From the IMG/VR virus record IMGVR_UViG_3300030104_000577, positions 1 to 59,441 of that record: a stretch of DNA of 59,441 nt; one strand, 5' to 3'. Numbering within the stretch: the first letter of the stretch is position 1; every line of letters begins with the position of its first letter. This stretch comes from a virus (lineage: Duplodnaviria; Caudoviricetes). Shown piece by piece: positions 45,818 through 55,955 of the stretch. The notes below the pieces were generated by a model that had not been told where the DNA came from, searched no databases, and saw nothing but the letters and a program-made list of their open reading frames with translations. Made by a program: the position numbers and the translations under genes.

Positions 45818-48192
45818 TGATCAACCCCTCTAAGTTTTATATACTCTAAAAACTTATTGTACTGTTCTGGGTAATTAGTTCGATATGTAGCAGCAAGAGT
45901 GGGTTGACTACTTAATCTTTGTAAAAGTTCTTCATTAGTCATAGTACCTATACCGCTTGGATCACCAGCTATTGAAGGTAAACCACCTACTGGTGCGGCA
46001 CTTACAGGAGTGTTACTGATAGGTCTTTTATCTCTGCTTTTTACTAAATCTCTATACGTCGCTATATTTTTATCACTACCCTTACTTATAGGAATAGTGT
46101 CGTATCTGTTTAAATTTTCTTCTGATAACACTTGGTCTATAAACCTAGTTTTTACAGGTTGATATGGATTATCTGGAGTCTCTCGTAAACTTGCTTCAAA
46201 TTTTGCTATTTCTTCCGCACTTATAATTTCTGAGTTATTGAATTCTTGAATCCCCATCACAAGACCGTCGTATTTATCTACCGCACCTTCTACTAAATCA
46301 TAGACTTGTTGTTCAAAATCATCAAAAGTGGTGGCGTTTGCACCAGCTCGATTAAGGAATCTTTCTATATCTCTGTCGGATATGTCTCGACCTTTTTGAG
46401 CATCTAATGCTGCACTTTGTAGTGCGAGAGTAAATATTAAATTTTGTACTCTTTTAGTGTCAAGACCAGAATTTTTTAAGAAACTGTAAAGACCAGTGTC
46501 GTTAAAAGTAGTGTTAAATTGATTTCTAAAACTATTGAAATTTTTAGTTTCTTCTCCTGGATCTCTTTTACCGTTACCATTCGCATCGTTATAAAAATCA
46601 AATTGACCTCGGTTAAATATATCATTTAGTTGTTCAAGCTGACCTATAACATTCTTACCGAACTGCGTGAGCCCAGTAGTTGGGTTACCGAAAGTGACGT
46701 CTTGATCTCTAGCCCTAGCGTCTTCTATTATAGCGAATGTTTTATCTACTGTGTTTAAAATCTCTCTTGTCTGACCATTGACTTGTTGTATTTGAGCTTC
46801 TATTCTTTTTTGTTCTTCATTAGCTTGATCAATAGTCATGACACCAAAGGCATTAGACTGTGGTCGACCTTTTTGGAAAGTAAACTCACCGTTAGCTCCA
46901 TAAGTCATTCTATAACTGTTGTCTATGGGCATTAAATGTTCATACCCTTCTCGAGGCGCACCGTTTTTACCGCCAAATAAATTACGCTCTAGTGTAAACT
47001 CAGGTTGCCCAGTGAGTGTATTCATAACTTGTTGTATTTTAGCTACACCAACTTTAGTCGCTTCTACATTTGGGTTGTTTTTCTCCCACTCTGCGAGCTC
47101 AAAGTCTGTCATAGACATTACTTTATCGTCTACTACATATTGGTTTCTACCTTTCATAGCATCATGTCCAGGGACAAGTATAAATCCTTGATCTGCTAAT
47201 CGTTTAGCAGTTACTTGATTAAGTAAACCTGCTCTTGCGCCTGCTGATGGATCTGGTCGACCGTCATTATCTTCATCTGCAAATATTGAATATGCTTTCA
47301 TTTCACCTGAGTATGGAACTGCTCCAGGAGTCATACTTACTTCTTGATCAGTTAAAAACTGCGGGAACTCTTCACCAGCAATAGTGTATGGTTCTCTTTT
47401 AGCTTTTATTAAAGATGTTCTTAAACTGTTTCTATCTTTAGCACTAGCTAATGATAGACTAGCAGAAAAGTCTTGTATCCTTTTGGCTTTATTAATGTCA
47501 ATACTTGCCATTGCGTCTCGATATTTTTTCTGCTCTTTAGCTGAACCACTAGCATAGTTCAAAAACGCACTTGATAAAGCAGTGCCCCAGTCATCGCCTT
47601 TAGTGCCTGAGTTTATTAAGGCAGCACCAGCAGCGAGATAGGGGAGTGCTTTGTCGGGTTGGGGAATTAAATCTTTAATTTCATCTGTGTCTAAATATTC
47701 TTTAAACGCTTCTAAGTATATCTGATTAGCTTCTTGTTGACTTTCAGGGTCTGCTCCGTAAAACTTTTCTATTTGATCCATAGTATAAAAAGTGTTTACA
47801 GCACTTTGAGTTACTTCTTCACCGTCTCTTTTAACTGTTCCTAGAGTCATCGCTTGGTTTAGTTTATCTACAAACGTCATCTCATCTTCTGACTTTTCGT
47901 TCTCGATGTCGAGTGTATTGCTCATTGTTTTAGCTACTTCTTTTTCTACTTCTGGGTTAGTACCTAAACCTGTCATTTCAGTTATGGTGCTGTCCATACC
48001 TGAATTAACTATACCAAAATCATGTTGACTCGGTAAATTATTTGCAACTCTGACTGAATCAGCTAACATCGCTTCTATAACTTCTGGAGGCTGAGCAGTT
48101 ATTTGAGCTATCTGGTCCATGGACATTCCGCTCTTGGCTAAATCAATTACTTGATTACGCATCGGGAACATTAAATTTACTGGTCTTGACAT
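45814..48192 (-). CDS. Internal virion/ejection protein (putative)
   Basis: 792 aa; ISDRDIE motif; context. Confidence 0.55.
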   Translation of the reverse strand: MSRPVNLMFPMRNQVIDLAKSGMSMDQIAQITAQPPEVIEAMLADSVRVANNLPSQHDFGIVNSGMDSTITEMTGLGTNPEVEKEVAKTMSNTLDIENEKSEDEMTFVDKLNQAMTLGTVKRDGEEVTQSAVNTFYTMDQIEKFYGADPESQQEANQIYLEAFKEYLDTDEIKDLIPQPDKALPYLAAGAALINSGTKGDDWGTALSSAFLNYASGSAKEQKKYRDAMASIDINKAKRIQDFSASLSLASAKDRNSLRTSLIKAKREPYTIAGEEFPQFLTDQEVSMTPGAVPYSGEMKAYSIFADEDNDGRPDPSAGARAGLLNQVTAKRLADQGFILVPGHDAMKGRNQYVVDDKVMSMTDFELAEWEKNNPNVEATKVGVAKIQQVMNTLTGQPEFTLERNLFGGKNGAPREGYEHLMPIDNSYRMTYGANGEFTFQKGRPQSNAFGVMTIDQANEEQKRIEAQIQQVNGQTREILNTVDKTFAIIEDARARDQDVTFGNPTTGLTQFGKNVIGQLEQLNDIFNRGQFDFYNDANGNGKRDPGEETKNFNSFRNQFNTTFNDTGLYSFLKNSGLDTKRVQNLIFTLALQSAALDAQKGRDISDRDIERFLNRAGANATTFDDFEQQVYDLVEGAVDKYDGLVMGIQEFNNSEIISAEEIAKFEASLRETPDNPYQPVKTRFIDQVLSEENLNRYDTIPISKGSDKNIATYRDLVKSRDKRPISNTPVSAAPVGGLPSIAGDPSGIGTMTNEELLQRLSSQPTLAATYRTNYPEQYNKFLEYIKLRGVDQ

Positions 48193-48194
48193 AT

Positions 48195-49376
48195 TTACAC
48201 CAATGGTTGATTACCTTGTAAAGCACCGTATGCAGCAAGAGCTGTACCTACTCCTTGCATAAGTGGGTTACTAGGGTTATTAGCAGACATCTGAGTCATC
48301 GTTGTACTGCCTAAAACAGGAGCAAAACTTGATGCTAATTGACCTGCTTGACCGATAGTATTCATTGGTAAATTGTATGCTCCTACAAAATTACCGTAAT
48401 CTAGATCCAGTCCTCGTTGACCTAAGTTTTGCTGCATACCACCAGCACCATACAATCTAGCTATGTCTGTGCCCATTAAACCTGACATTGCTCCACCTAA
48501 ATTACCTATTTGAGCACCTAAGTTACCACCTAATTGACCAGTCTGTGCTGCCATGCGGAAAGCATCTTGACCAGCACCACCGTATAGATTACCTAACGCG
48601 CCACCTAATGCACCTAAACCGCCAGCAGTAGATCCCATCAATCTTGCTATATTCGCTTGTCTACCTTGCTGACGTTCAAAAGAATCTGAAGCTAGTTTCG
48701 CTGCACGATCTTCTGCTTGCAGTCTCAAACCACCTATACCTTGCATCGCGCCTCTAGCTATATCTGCTCTAGCGTCACTTCTTTGTAGTCCGCTTCTATC
48801 ACCGAACCCTGCGCCTTTGCCTATTGCTGTAGCTCTATTAAATATATCAGTCTCTGCTAACCTTCTTGAGACATCATCAAGTGCTTGATCTACTACTTGA
48901 TCTTGATATCTGTTAGAAAACTCTGATATATCGTCAGCTGAAAAACCTTGCATAGCACCTCTACCGAGATCTACTGCATCACCTAGCAGACCTACACCTT
49001 CTTGTATCGGTGCTGCGCCTTGAGACACTGCTTCGTCTAATAGTCCTGTACCAGTGCTTAGTCCTCCAGTGACATCAGCTAACGCTCCCTCTGTTATTTC
49101 TTCCGCCCTACCTAGATATGGACTATACGCACCGACTCCTTCGGCTGATAACCGCATCGCTTCTTCTTGTGCTGGTGTGAATCCTGCTATTCTTTCGCCT
49201 TGGTATGTGAATGGGTTAGCACCAGCTACCCCAAAGCCCATCATTTTATTATATAAATCTTGATTCAACAGAGGCAAGATACCAGGAACATTTTGTCCTG
49301 GAACACCGCTAAAAAATTGACCTAAAAAATTAGGTGGTAATACCTCCGACCTTTGAAATTGTTCTTCGACTGCCAT
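48195..49376 (-). CDS. Internal virion/DNA-transfer protein (putative)
   Basis: YQGERIAGFTPAQ, NRYQDQVV, Gly/Ala/Gln-rich. Confidence 0.55.
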   Translation of the reverse strand: MAVEEQFQRSEVLPPNFLGQFFSGVPGQNVPGILPLLNQDLYNKMMGFGVAGANPFTYQGERIAGFTPAQEEAMRLSAEGVGAYSPYLGRAEEITEGALADVTGGLSTGTGLLDEAVSQGAAPIQEGVGLLGDAVDLGRGAMQGFSADDISEFSNRYQDQVVDQALDDVSRRLAETDIFNRATAIGKGAGFGDRSGLQRSDARADIARGAMQGIGGLRLQAEDRAAKLASDSFERQQGRQANIARLMGSTAGGLGALGGALGNLYGGAGQDAFRMAAQTGQLGGNLGAQIGNLGGAMSGLMGTDIARLYGAGGMQQNLGQRGLDLDYGNFVGAYNLPMNTIGQAGQLASSFAPVLGSTTMTQMSANNPSNPLMQGVGTALAAYGALQGNQPLV

Positions 49377-50578
49377 TATGCTCTTCCTAGCCCCATGCTC
49401 ATTGCTTTGTTTTCATTAAAATTCATAAAATCGTATAACCGTTCTATGCCCTTATCGTGATCTCCATCACCTATACCTTTGACACTTTGTTTAGTGAGTA
49501 CAAACTCACCGTCAGCTAATTTAGCATTGATTGTGTCTTCATCTCCTGATCCCTCAGGATCCTCTACGTCACCGCCTGTTTGTCTTAAATCAATCTCTTC
49601 TACGTTACCCCCTTTATTGAACGTAGGGAACATTAAATTAACATATTGATCATTATCGCCTGCAGCCTCCCTGAAAAACTCTGCTACAGCAGGATCTAAT
49701 GAAGCTAATGAAGAAGTTGGTATGTCAGTAGGCATAAAACTTCCTTGATTAATAGACGAACCTTGTACTCCTCTATATTGAGAAGGAGTCACTGCTGGCG
49801 TAAGTGGATTCTGTAAATACCCACCTAATGCACCGCTAGGAGCAGGCATACTTGTGGTTGTTTCATCTGGGTTAAATGCGCCCATAGCTGTCAATGCTGT
49901 AGCACCTGCACCTATTTTTTCTAAAGCACTTAAATCTTTAAATCTGTCACCTAGTTTAAACCCTTCTGGTAGCGTAGCGTCTGTAAGTGCTGCTCGACCA
50001 GATGCACCTATATCTTGAAATATACTGCCGATACCTTCTCCACTTCCAGGAGTTGGATCACCTATATTACCTTTAGACAGCATAAAATTTTCACCGAAAG
50101 GGTTAAGTGAACTTATACCTTCGCCAAAAGTAGTTTCTCCGAAAGTACCGCCTTGTATTCCTGCACCTTGCGCGATATTACCGCCAACATAAGAAACCGC
50201 TGTAGACTGAGCTATATCTTTTCTGTTACCACCTGCTGCAGCAGTGCCTAATCCACCACCTATCGCAGCACCTCCAGGTCCGCCGATAGCGTATCCTACA
50301 ATACGACCTACGGTCGGTGCTATCTTTTTAAGAGTATCACTTAACCAACCGAACTCAGGTGCACCAGTTATTGGGTTTATAGAGTTTTCGTAATGACCTA
50401 CTGTATATCTGTTAGGATCTGTTTCGTGTCTCTCAAAAGCGTCGAACAGTGCTCGTTTTAAAACTGGGTCAGTCGCTATCGGTCTTGGCAAGACCATTTC
50501 ACCAGTAGAAAGGTGACCAATCATAGTGTCTCCAAACCTGCCGTGTATAGCTATACTTTCAATGCCTTGTAAACTCAT
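49376..50578 (-). CDS. Internal virion protein with two D-x5-L-x2-GE-x-V modules
   Basis: GDTMIGHLSTGEMVLP, SINPITGAPEF, EDTINAKLADGEFVLT. Confidence 0.6.
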   Translation of the reverse strand: MSLQGIESIAIHGRFGDTMIGHLSTGEMVLPRPIATDPVLKRALFDAFERHETDPNRYTVGHYENSINPITGAPEFGWLSDTLKKIAPTVGRIVGYAIGGPGGAAIGGGLGTAAAGGNRKDIAQSTAVSYVGGNIAQGAGIQGGTFGETTFGEGISSLNPFGENFMLSKGNIGDPTPGSGEGIGSIFQDIGASGRAALTDATLPEGFKLGDRFKDLSALEKIGAGATALTAMGAFNPDETTTSMPAPSGALGGYLQNPLTPAVTPSQYRGVQGSSINQGSFMPTDIPTSSLASLDPAVAEFFREAAGDNDQYVNLMFPTFNKGGNVEEIDLRQTGGDVEDPEGSGDEDTINAKLADGEFVLTKQSVKGIGDGDHDKGIERLYDFMNFNENKAMSMGLGRA

Positions 50579-50615
50579 GTAATTAGTTTACCTCTTTTTA
50601 ATTTAATTGTATATT

Positions 50616-50789
50616 CTAAACACCAACTTTCTTCATGGCGTCTTTATGAGATTGTGTAAAAGTTGCACCTTTGTTCATTGCTCTGACCATACTACTGACG
50701 TGTTTTTTAGTATGATGTTTCGCGTGTTTCTTCAAAGCTGTCTGTTGTCTTTTGTTGAGTTTATCTACTTTTACACCTTTTATCTTCAT
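50616..50789 (-). CDS. Small basic His/Lys-rich protein (57 aa, absent from ORF track)
   Basis: Manual translation MKIKGVKVDKLNKRQQTALKKHAKHHTKKHVSSM...SHKDAMKKVGV; GAGGA RBS. Confidence 0.7.
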   Translation of the reverse strand: MKIKGVKVDKLNKRQQTALKKHAKHHTKKHVSSMVRAMNKGATFTQSHKDAMKKVGV

Positions 50790-50797
50790 ATCTTCCT

Positions 50798-51127
50798 CTA
50801 CAGTGTTATAGTGGTGTCCCCACCTAGTTTAAATGTAACTTTACCTACACTACCGACCGCCTCAAAACCTTTTGGTGTTGTAGGTGTTGAAATATTTTCC
50901 CAGTATAGTCCTTTGTATACCTGTAACGCACCGATGTCTGTGTTCCATACTATACTGCCTTCATTGAATTTTAGTTTATCCCTTTCTGTTGTGTTTATTT
51001 GCCTTATATTATCAGGATCAAACTCTCCTAAATTTATTTCTAATATCCTAACTAGTCGATTGTATGTTGATCCACTGACACTTTCTTCCATTTCTATGGG
51101 AAGTCTGGTTTGTAATAGTTTGCTCAT
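50798..51127 (-). CDS. Tail-associated hypothetical protein
   Basis: GSIVWNTD...LQVY.G..W motif; ATGA coupling. Confidence 0.6.
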   Translation of the reverse strand: MSKLLQTRLPIEMEESVSGSTYNRLVRILEINLGEFDPDNIRQINTTERDKLKFNEGSIVWNTDIGALQVYKGLYWENISTPTTPKGFEAVGSVGKVTFKLGGDTTITL

Positions 51128-52986
51128 CTTCTACCATCTGGTCTAACTTCCATTCGAGTAGCACCTAATCTCCATCCTGTAGCTGTATTACCACTTACAT
51201 TATCATCATCAGATTCTACACGTAAAACAGCCTGTCTACCTCTAGCTCTTACGTGGGTCTGTTGCGTATCACTCGATACAGAAGAAGTGTTTGATGTAGT
51301 GAGGGAATCCCCTGGAAAATTACGAGTTTTTAAAACTAAATTAACTGTTCCACCAGAACTATTAGCTAAAAACCTAAAGTCTGGAATCATTTTTGATATG
51401 AACGCATATTGTTCTCCGTCTGCTATATCAAAATCGCTAGATTCTATAAACACATTAGTCATAGGGCTACCATCAGCATCAAAACCTGATTCATGGGTGT
51501 ACAGATAATTGTCCGTCGTAGCTCTAGGAGAACTTGATACACCAGAGTCAATCCAAGCATGTCTCACTAATTGACCATAAGTCCACACATTTTCAGCATA
51601 GTTATAGGTCACGTATCTATTTATCTCTTCACTGCTTGAAGAACAATAAAACCAACCTACTTCGTCAAATTTAGTGTTGGTAAAACTAAAAGTTTTAAAT
51701 GCCTGACTTGAGTTAAAATCATCAAAGACGTAACTTAAAACTGTGCACGGCACTTTTTTTACCGCACCAGTATATGCGTAAAAGTTATCATAACCCATCC
51801 AAAACACTCCAGTAGGAGCTGTAACTGCTGCTTTTGGAGCCATTAAACCTGTGTTTTCATTAATAAGATTTATGCCAAAAGTAAACGGTGGTCCAATAAA
51901 TTGCATACTGTACAGAGCTGTGTCTGTCCATATTAATAACTCTTGCCTAGATTTCACTGCTCCGATAATAGAGCTACCAGAATCTAAACGTAAACTGCCA
52001 GCAGTGTTAGTAGACAGTGCTTCAAAATCTAAAGGATTTTCTTGATCACTAAAAGCTATCAACATAGGATCTATAGCACCGCTGCGAGAACCACCGTCCA
52101 TGGGATCTGCTCCTAGTACAATTAAATGTCTGTCTTTTTCAGATGTAATAACTTGTAACCCTAGTGTTGGGACATTAACCGCACCAGAAGTGGTAGCAAG
52201 TTCAACGGCTCTCGTTGATGTTCCGTTGTTTTCTACCCATCTGTATACACCACCGCCTCTTGGATTCAAAATTAAATCTTCTCCAAAATTATCATGTGTC
52301 CATAACCTTAATTGATTGTTTGCAGAAATAGCACTAGAGCTACCAAACGTGCTAGCACCCCAAGTACCGACACCCCAACCTGTACTTTGAATATATGTAT
52401 CTAGACCTACGTTAATCTGATAACTGCCATCAACACCAGAACCACCGTTACCGCTATCACTACTGTTAGCTGTGACTGCAGCACCGTCAGTATCTTTAGC
52501 CACAAAAGTATATGTATTTGTACTAGGGACAGAAACTATTTGATATTCTTGGTTTAAAACCGCAGCAGTAATATTACCGCCAAGACTGACAGCCCCAGAA
52601 ATAGTGACGAAATCATTTGCTACAGCTCCGTGCGAAGAGTCAGTAGCTGTGATAGTAGAACTGCCGTTAGTAGCAGCAAAGGTGATGCTGTTAGTAGAAG
52701 TTTTTCTTATAGGGGTGATATCATTAAAGTTATCCCCTTCTTTAATATAGTATTTTAAAGTTGTTCCTAATCCTAAAAATTTAGTTCCAGATAAAGCAAC
52801 CCAAGCATGTAACGCTCTAGCTTTGCCTAAGAATGTCTGTAGTGTGTTTTTAGCCCATCCACCTATTTTTTGAGGTCTGCCATTTTTAAAACGAACAAGA
52901 TTAACATCAAACCAACCTCCTTCGTTATCGTAGTCAGTTCCTTCTCTATTTATTCCTGGACGAAATACAAATTTATTTAAAGGCAT
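51124..52986 (-). CDS. Tail tubular/nozzle (P22 gp10-like stabilization) protein
   Basis: 620-aa beta-rich; WTHDNFGEDL, FSDQE, EVGWFY, WRLG motifs. Confidence 0.7.
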   Translation of the reverse strand: MPLNKFVFRPGINREGTDYDNEGGWFDVNLVRFKNGRPQKIGGWAKNTLQTFLGKARALHAWVALSGTKFLGLGTTLKYYIKEGDNFNDITPIRKTSTNSITFAATNGSSTITATDSSHGAVANDFVTISGAVSLGGNITAAVLNQEYQIVSVPSTNTYTFVAKDTDGAAVTANSSDSGNGGSGVDGSYQINVGLDTYIQSTGWGVGTWGASTFGSSSAISANNQLRLWTHDNFGEDLILNPRGGGVYRWVENNGTSTRAVELATTSGAVNVPTLGLQVITSEKDRHLIVLGADPMDGGSRSGAIDPMLIAFSDQENPLDFEALSTNTAGSLRLDSGSSIIGAVKSRQELLIWTDTALYSMQFIGPPFTFGINLINENTGLMAPKAAVTAPTGVFWMGYDNFYAYTGAVKKVPCTVLSYVFDDFNSSQAFKTFSFTNTKFDEVGWFYCSSSSEEINRYVTYNYAENVWTYGQLVRHAWIDSGVSSSPRATTDNYLYTHESGFDADGSPMTNVFIESSDFDIADGEQYAFISKMIPDFRFLANSSGGTVNLVLKTRNFPGDSLTTSNTSSVSSDTQQTHVRARGRQAVLRVESDDDNVSGNTATGWRLGATRMEVRPDGRR

Positions 52987-52987
52987 T

Positions 52988-53398
52988 TTACCCCTCTACC
53001 ATCATATCTTTTAATCTAGTTGCTCTTGGTCCAACTTGCCTAGCCCATTTTGAATCCAACATTTGTACAGCAGCTTCTTCCCAATCTGCTACTTCCATGG
53101 CTGCTAGAAATTTTTTAAAATTCAATAGTCTACTGAGACCTAAATTGAAACACATATTAATCATCACTCTTTTTCTGACATCAGACAAGTTACTATACCA
53201 ATTAAAAGTTCTTTCTAATTCAGACACACAATTATCTATATCATTAGCTAATAAAAAATCAGACTCAGATTCACTTATACCTACGTCTTCTAAATTTCTC
53301 CCTACCCCAATAGTCAGTTTATCCGCGGAGCAGTGATATGGTTTGAATTTAACACCTTCATCTCTTTTAAGTTCTTCAATTAACTTCTGTAAGTTCAT
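52988..53398 (-). CDS. Endolysin, T4-type lysozyme (GH24-like)
   Basis: DEG...Y.C....TIGVGRNL, NMCFNLG, MLDSKWARQV. Confidence 0.85.
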   Translation of the reverse strand: MNLQKLIEELKRDEGVKFKPYHCSADKLTIGVGRNLEDVGISESESDFLLANDIDNCVSELERTFNWYSNLSDVRKRVMINMCFNLGLSRLLNFKKFLAAMEVADWEEAAVQMLDSKWARQVGPRATRLKDMMVEG

Positions 53399-53771
53399 CT
53401 TTTTTATCCTCTGCGGTTGGGTCGTTATCTCTGTAGTATTCTATTATAGCTAAATTTTGCCTGATGTAACGCTTTATATCTGCTATGTTATTTGACAAAT
53501 TTTCATAACCTTGTGCAGTGAGAGAGTAGTAAGCAACAGCAGGTGCGTCACCTTTATCGTAGTCTGTTATATACTCTCTCATAGTTTCTGGGTTTAGTAT
53601 TTTCCATTTAATCTCAGCAGGTGAGACTGCTTCTGGTAAAGGTGGATGATATAATGGCGCAGGTTTTTGGACCGTAATAATTTCTACTGGATCAACTTTA
53701 GGTGGTTTTGATAATACACTTGAACAACCAGTTGTAAATAATAGAAAACTAATTAGTAATATTCTCATCAA
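53376..53771 (-). CDS. Outer-membrane spanin-like lipoprotein
   Basis: Signal peptide with lipobox TTGC, Pro-rich segment, next to endolysin. Confidence 0.65.
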   Translation of the reverse strand: MMRILLISFLLFTTGCSSVLSKPPKVDPVEIITVQKPAPLYHPPLPEAVSPAEIKWKILNPETMREYITDYDKGDAPAVAYYSLTAQGYENLSNNIADIKRYIRQNLAIIEYYRDNDPTAEDKKDELTEVN

Positions 53772-54171
53772 ACTGCCTCGGATTAGTTAAATCTACTAAC
53801 TCTCTGTTTACTCTAGCTGTACCTTTATTGACAATATTTTCTACTAAACCACTTTTAGCTATTGCTAAACTATTCAGGTCATGTCTAGCGAAAGTGTTTC
53901 TTAACTTACTCACTTCTTTACGAGCTTCGTTACTCTGTTCAGTCAACTCTGTTATCTTTTGTTGACTTATTTTTTCTTTATCTAATTGATTCTGTAACTC
54001 TTTGTTACTTTGCTCTACTGATTTTTTCAGTATCTCTTGATTAGTTATAGCTACGTTTAACTCTATGTTTAGTTTATCTATTTTTGAGTTCTGCATACTG
54101 ATATACATAGCACTTCCACCCAAACTTGCGATTAGTAAACCACCTAAGATTATGTTTGTTTGTATGCCCAT
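53749..54171 (-). CDS. Inner-membrane spanin-like protein
   Basis: N-terminal TM helix then coiled coil. Confidence 0.65.
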   Translation of the reverse strand: MGIQTNIILGGLLIASLGGSAMYISMQNSKIDKLNIELNVAITNQEILKKSVEQSNKELQNQLDKEKISQQKITELTEQSNEARKEVSKLRNTFARHDLNSLAIAKSGLVENIVNKGTARVNRELVDLTNPRQFDENITN

Positions 54172-54202
54172 TTGTTTAGTTTAACCTAAATTAATCAATA
54201 TT

Positions 54203-55402
54203 TTAACTACCTTGTTTAATATTGATGATTGATGAACTGCCACCATTGACACTCACTTGATTTACTTTACCCTCTTGTTCTATGCGAATGCTGTACGAAC
54301 CGTCTTTTGATACCTGCATCTGTAAGCTATCTTCAATCTGTCTTATAAATTTAACTTCACTATCGGATACAAAAGTGTTTATTTGTGTATCACTATCGTA
54401 TCCTACACTTGTGCCTCTTACTCCATCAGCAGATAAAGCTCTGTCTGCTTTACTAAGTTCATCAACCTCTTGTATAACATCTAGTAAATCTTCTAAAAAA
54501 TTTGCAGCGAGATAATCTATATCAAGCTCTGTGTATTCTAGATCATCTTGTTCTAGTTCATCTGTATCAAGTTCATCAAACTCTAAAAAATCTATATCCA
54601 GTATGTTTTCTGTATTAGCAGTAGCTTCTTGCTCACCCTCTAAATCTCTAGCTTGAGGAGGATTTACTATCAACATGTTATCAATCATGTCTACTGTTAA
54701 ATCAAGAATAACAGCAGGAGTGGGTGAAGTTTCAAAATTATACACAGTTGTTGCTTCATATGGTCTATTAAGTATCACCTGCCCTAAAGCAGTATCTACA
54801 ACTATCTCACCACTAGCGTCTCCATTCTCGTCTGGTAATAATATCACAAGAGTTTCGCCAGTTTCTTTTACCGTAAGTGTGAAATCTGTGCCTCTGATTC
54901 CTATCGTAGCTGAATTAGTTCTGACTGTTATATTATCTTTAGGTATGCGTGGCTTTTTACTAGATATAAATCTACCAGTTCCTTTGACAAAATTCAAAGC
55001 CATACTTGATTTACTAGGGTTAGGATCAAATACAAACTCATCAATTATCACATTGCTGTGTTCTGTAAGACGTATAGTTGTCTCATCTCTGAACGTAACA
55101 CCCATACGACCGTTAGCTGTTTCCAGTTTGTCCATAGAGTTTAATGAGAAATTAATCTCACTTTCGTATGGTTTGTCTCGTACTACTCTTGTGTTACCGT
55201 TTAACTCTGTGATATTACCTATATCAACATCCAACGCTTGTGCCTTGATCGTCTTGGTTGACACACACAGTGCCATTACTACCATCAGAAGTAATGCGTA
55301 ACCAGTCGTTGTCTTGTGTAGACTGTTGGTCAACAGCAAACGATCTATTACTACCGTCGTGCTCAAGTTTAAAATACCCACCTGCATATCCGTCTCCGTC
55401 AT
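54203..55402 (-). CDS. FecR-domain secreted protein (true start probably about 55290-55340)
   Basis: D.LET..G, F.D.T.IRLTEHS...IDEFVFDP, T.SATIGIRGTDF; signal-like LLLMVVMALC...AQA. Confidence 0.7.
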   Translation of the reverse strand: MTETDMQVGILNLSTTVVIDRLLLTNSLHKTTTGYALLLMVVMALCVSTKTIKAQALDVDIGNITELNGNTRVVRDKPYESEINFSLNSMDKLETANGRMGVTFRDETTIRLTEHSNVIIDEFVFDPNPSKSSMALNFVKGTGRFISSKKPRIPKDNITVRTNSATIGIRGTDFTLTVKETGETLVILLPDENGDASGEIVVDTALGQVILNRPYEATTVYNFETSPTPAVILDLTVDMIDNMLIVNPPQARDLEGEQEATANTENILDIDFLEFDELDTDELEQDDLEYTELDIDYLAANFLEDLLDVIQEVDELSKADRALSADGVRGTSVGYDSDTQINTFVSDSEVKFIRQIEDSLQMQVSKDGSYSIRIEQEGKVNQVSVNGGSSSIINIKQGS

Positions 55403-55955
55403 AATTCACAGTATTACTATCACCATCAAGATCTATGTAGTTTGTACCTGAGTCTACATCTAAATCAATATTAACTGTGTTACCTGAACCTTGTACAATA
55501 GTGTCCACATCTGCGCCACTAGCTAAAGCATTTGTAGCTAAATCTAGTGTCATAGTGTTAGTTGATCCATCCACGTCCACATTAACATTACTGTTATCTG
55601 CCGAGTTCGAGTTGCCAGGATCTACTTGTATCGTAAAACTATTTGTATCTCCATCAAAATCGAATATACCTGTAAATGTATCTGCATTGATATCGCCTAA
55701 CATCTTGTTATTATTACCTATTTGATTTACATCTAAAGTCATAGTTGCGCCATCAAGATCAAATGCAGTCATACTACCATGTGCAGAGTTTAACCCACCT
55801 ATGATGTTACCACTTCCTAATTGCTCAAGATCTATATTTGCTGTAGCACCAACTTGATCTACATAGATTTCGTTATCATCTGCATTTAAAGCTACAGACA
55901 ATACTAATAAACCCAATAGTAACGCTAACGCTGTTCTGTTAAATTTACTCATCAT
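55224..55955 (-). CDS. Curlin-like secreted beta-repeat protein
   Basis: Signal peptide; repeated (I/V)xQxGxxN / xDxDGxxN units; follows CsgG. Confidence 0.65.
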   Translation of the reverse strand: MMSKFNRTALALLLGLLVLSVALNADDNEIYVDQVGATANIDLEQLGSGNIIGGLNSAHGSMTAFDLDGATMTLDVNQIGNNNKMLGDINADTFTGIFDFDGDTNSFTIQVDPGNSNSADNSNVNVDVDGSTNTMTLDLATNALASGADVDTIVQGSGNTVNIDLDVDSGTNYIDLDGDSNTVNYDGDGYAGGYFKLEHDGSNRSFAVDQQSTQDNDWLRITSDGSNGTVCVNQDDQGTSVGC

